Positions 62,495-64,000 of a stretch of 64,000 bases of DNA are shown here, one piece after another (position 1 is the first letter of the stretch; every line of letters begins with the position of its first letter). The stretch spans positions 512,001-576,000 of the forward strand of contig CP000069.1 in the NCBI GenBank assembly GCA_000002445.1, written 5' to 3'. The notes beneath the pieces were generated by a model, which saw nothing but the letters and a program-made list of their open reading frames with translations, did not search any database and was not told the DNA's origin. Source of the DNA: Trypanosoma brucei. Taxonomy: Eukaryota. The position numbers and the translations under genes are program-made.

Positions 62495-63835
62495 TTAATG
62501 TGCAGCGTTCATTAGGCGTGCCACTTCTTCCTTGCTCTGAGCTGATGAGTTACACGCTCCCTCAAGAAATTGTGTGGCCGCTGCCTCGAGACCAAGCGCT
62601 GAATTCGAGAGCTGGATGGAACGAAATCGGGCAGCTAAGGGGAAAACCATCCCTGATGAAAGGGTGTTGCTCAATACATTACCCGCGCCCATATGACAGG
62701 GTGCCTCTGCGGGCAGCTCCAGGGCAGCGATGTGTTCCTCATTTTGACGATAACGCGGCGCTAAGCGCTCCAGCACTTGGGCCAATGCATACGGTGTCAT
62801 TTGAGGAAAGTACTTAATCAATGTAGGGTAGAGGCTACGTAACAATCCATTCACGGTCAAGCACGCCACAGACCCGTTTGTGGTGGGCCACCACACAGCG
62901 TTGTCAGTGAATACGGCGCAAAACACTTCTTCTTTTTCCTGCTCCTCATACGGGGGCTTTTGCTGTTGTTGCTGCTGTTGTTGTTGACGCTGCAGCTGCT
63001 GTTGTTTTGTCAACCCCTGATACAAACCAGATGTTTGGCTCGTTGGCCTCAACTCGTATGTAACGACCTGCTGCAACGGTGGCAAGTCGTCTATCTTGGC
63101 GACAACACGGTTGTAGTGCACATCCCATAGGTAAGTGGCGTCTTCACAAATAAGCAACAAGAGTGGGAGGTCACCTAGTGGAACTGTTACACGCAAACCA
63201 TCGACCTCATGTATGGAATTAGCGGTCGCACAATTCATTAAATTTGCTAAATGCGGTCCTCTCACATGTGCCAACGTAGTGCAGCCTTTTGTCTTGAGCG
63301 CTACTGTGACTGATGGCACGTGACCATGACCACCATCAGAAATATAGGGTGTCACTCCTAGCTCGCACGGGCTTTGACAATACGATGGTGACCCGATGTT
63401 GCACACAGAGGCAATGCCTCTGGCATCCATGAAATACACACAACTGTTCTCACACACCACAGCAACCAGAGATCTGTCCCCAGCGGCCACTTCTGCAGCG
63501 ACAATGACACTAGGAAGTAGGTTTTTGTGGCTGCTGGGAAGTGAAAGATGATCCCCCGGGATGTTTACAGTGCTCGAAGCGCGCGACCGGCCTCTCCTAG
63601 TATGTCTCTCTGACGTTCGCGGTGTTCCTTTGGACTTGGAAGCAGAAGCAGCAAGCCTTTCAACATTGCTTTCTGTCCCTATAGCATCAACAGCTGCCAA
63701 CACGGCCGGTTTCCCCTCTGTACCACTCCTAGAGGGACGCAGAGGACAGCGGGAGAAAGCAGTACTACCTACCCACAGCAGTAACCCCAGTATGCAGTGC
63801 CTGCTGAACGATGAGTCCCCGGACGCCGGTGGCAT
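62495..63835 (-). CDS. Hypothetical protein with a poly-glutamine tract. It may be 5'-extended beyond the window.
   Basis: 446 aa from the ATG at 63835. The tract is QQQLQRQQQQQQQQQKP. The same frame stays open with no stop from 63836 to the window end, so the true start could lie upstream of the window. Confidence 0.5.
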   Translation of the reverse strand: MPPASGDSSFSRHCILGLLLWVGSTAFSRCPLRPSRSGTEGKPAVLAAVDAIGTESNVERLAASASKSKGTPRTSERHTRRGRSRASSTVNIPGDHLSLPSSHKNLLPSVIVAAEVAAGDRSLVAVVCENSCVYFMDARGIASVCNIGSPSYCQSPCELGVTPYISDGGHGHVPSVTVALKTKGCTTLAHVRGPHLANLMNCATANSIHEVDGLRVTVPLGDLPLLLLICEDATYLWDVHYNRVVAKIDDLPPLQQVVTYELRPTSQTSGLYQGLTKQQQLQRQQQQQQQQQKPPYEEQEKEEVFCAVFTDNAVWWPTTNGSVACLTVNGLLRSLYPTLIKYFPQMTPYALAQVLERLAPRYRQNEEHIAALELPAEAPCHMGAGNVLSNTLSSGMVFPLAARFRSIQLSNSALGLEAAATQFLEGACNSSAQSKEEVARLMNAAH

Positions 63836-64000
63836 GGCAAAACTCCCGGTGGTTGAATTCCTTAGGTTGTTCGCTGATGCGCAGTTACTAAAGGTTCCTA
63901 GTGACTGAGTTTTAACCCCAAACGAAACTCCCTGTCGTGACAGATCAGGGATGTAGAAAATGCGAACACCCCCGCCGCCAAAGGCTCCCTCGGCGTACGC

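Noticed and set aside
1-64000. Prokaryote-style features: operons, CRISPR arrays, phage or defence islands, sigma-factor promoters, rho-independent terminators.
   Set aside because: The sequence has eukaryotic kinetoplastid hallmarks: long unidirectional intron-less genes, polypyrimidine/AG acceptors, and AT-rich microsatellite spacers. There are no CRISPR-like direct-repeat/spacer arrays and no Shine-Dalgarno-spaced gene overlaps.

Overview
This window reads as nuclear DNA from a kinetoplastid. The gene order alkyl-DHAP synthase (C-terminal PTS1 -AHL), then mitochondrial-type lysyl-tRNA synthetase, then a canonical NPA/NPA aquaglyceroporin, followed further along by PAN2 and ATG4, matches my memory of Trypanosoma brucei chromosome 6 (roughly Tb927.6.1460 to 6.1690). 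That assignment is from memory, not from a search. Every convincing gene (about 29) lies on the minus strand, so the whole 64 kb looks like one directional polycistronic transcription unit. There are no introns. Genes are separated by AT-rich, low-complexity spacers containing (TA)n, (CA)n and (GGA)n microsatellites, and several genes have polypyrimidine tracts followed by AG just upstream of the start codon, as expected for trans-splicing. There are no bacterial-style operons, CRISPR arrays, rRNA or tRNA genes.

The supplied ORF track appears to accept GTG as a start codon. Several of its ORFs therefore carry spurious 5' extensions that are really translated polypyrimidine tracts. I re-set those starts to the first sensible internal ATG.

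The most notable observations are:
- PAN2 carries an apparent single-base frameshift that splits its catalytic exonuclease domain.
- Two secreted S1/P1 nuclease paralogues sit in tandem with a mosaic, gene-conversion-like identity pattern.
- A 1,537-aa protein combines an N-terminal leucine-rich-repeat region with a C-terminal WD40 region.
- A GC-rich island contains an extreme Arg/Asp/Glu-rich ORF.
- Two small proteins with presequence-like N-termini are plausible but uncertain.
- A partial gene at the left edge is missing from the ORF track.

No prokaryote-style system is present. Because trypanosome transcription units are not functionally organised, gene adjacency here is not evidence of shared function.
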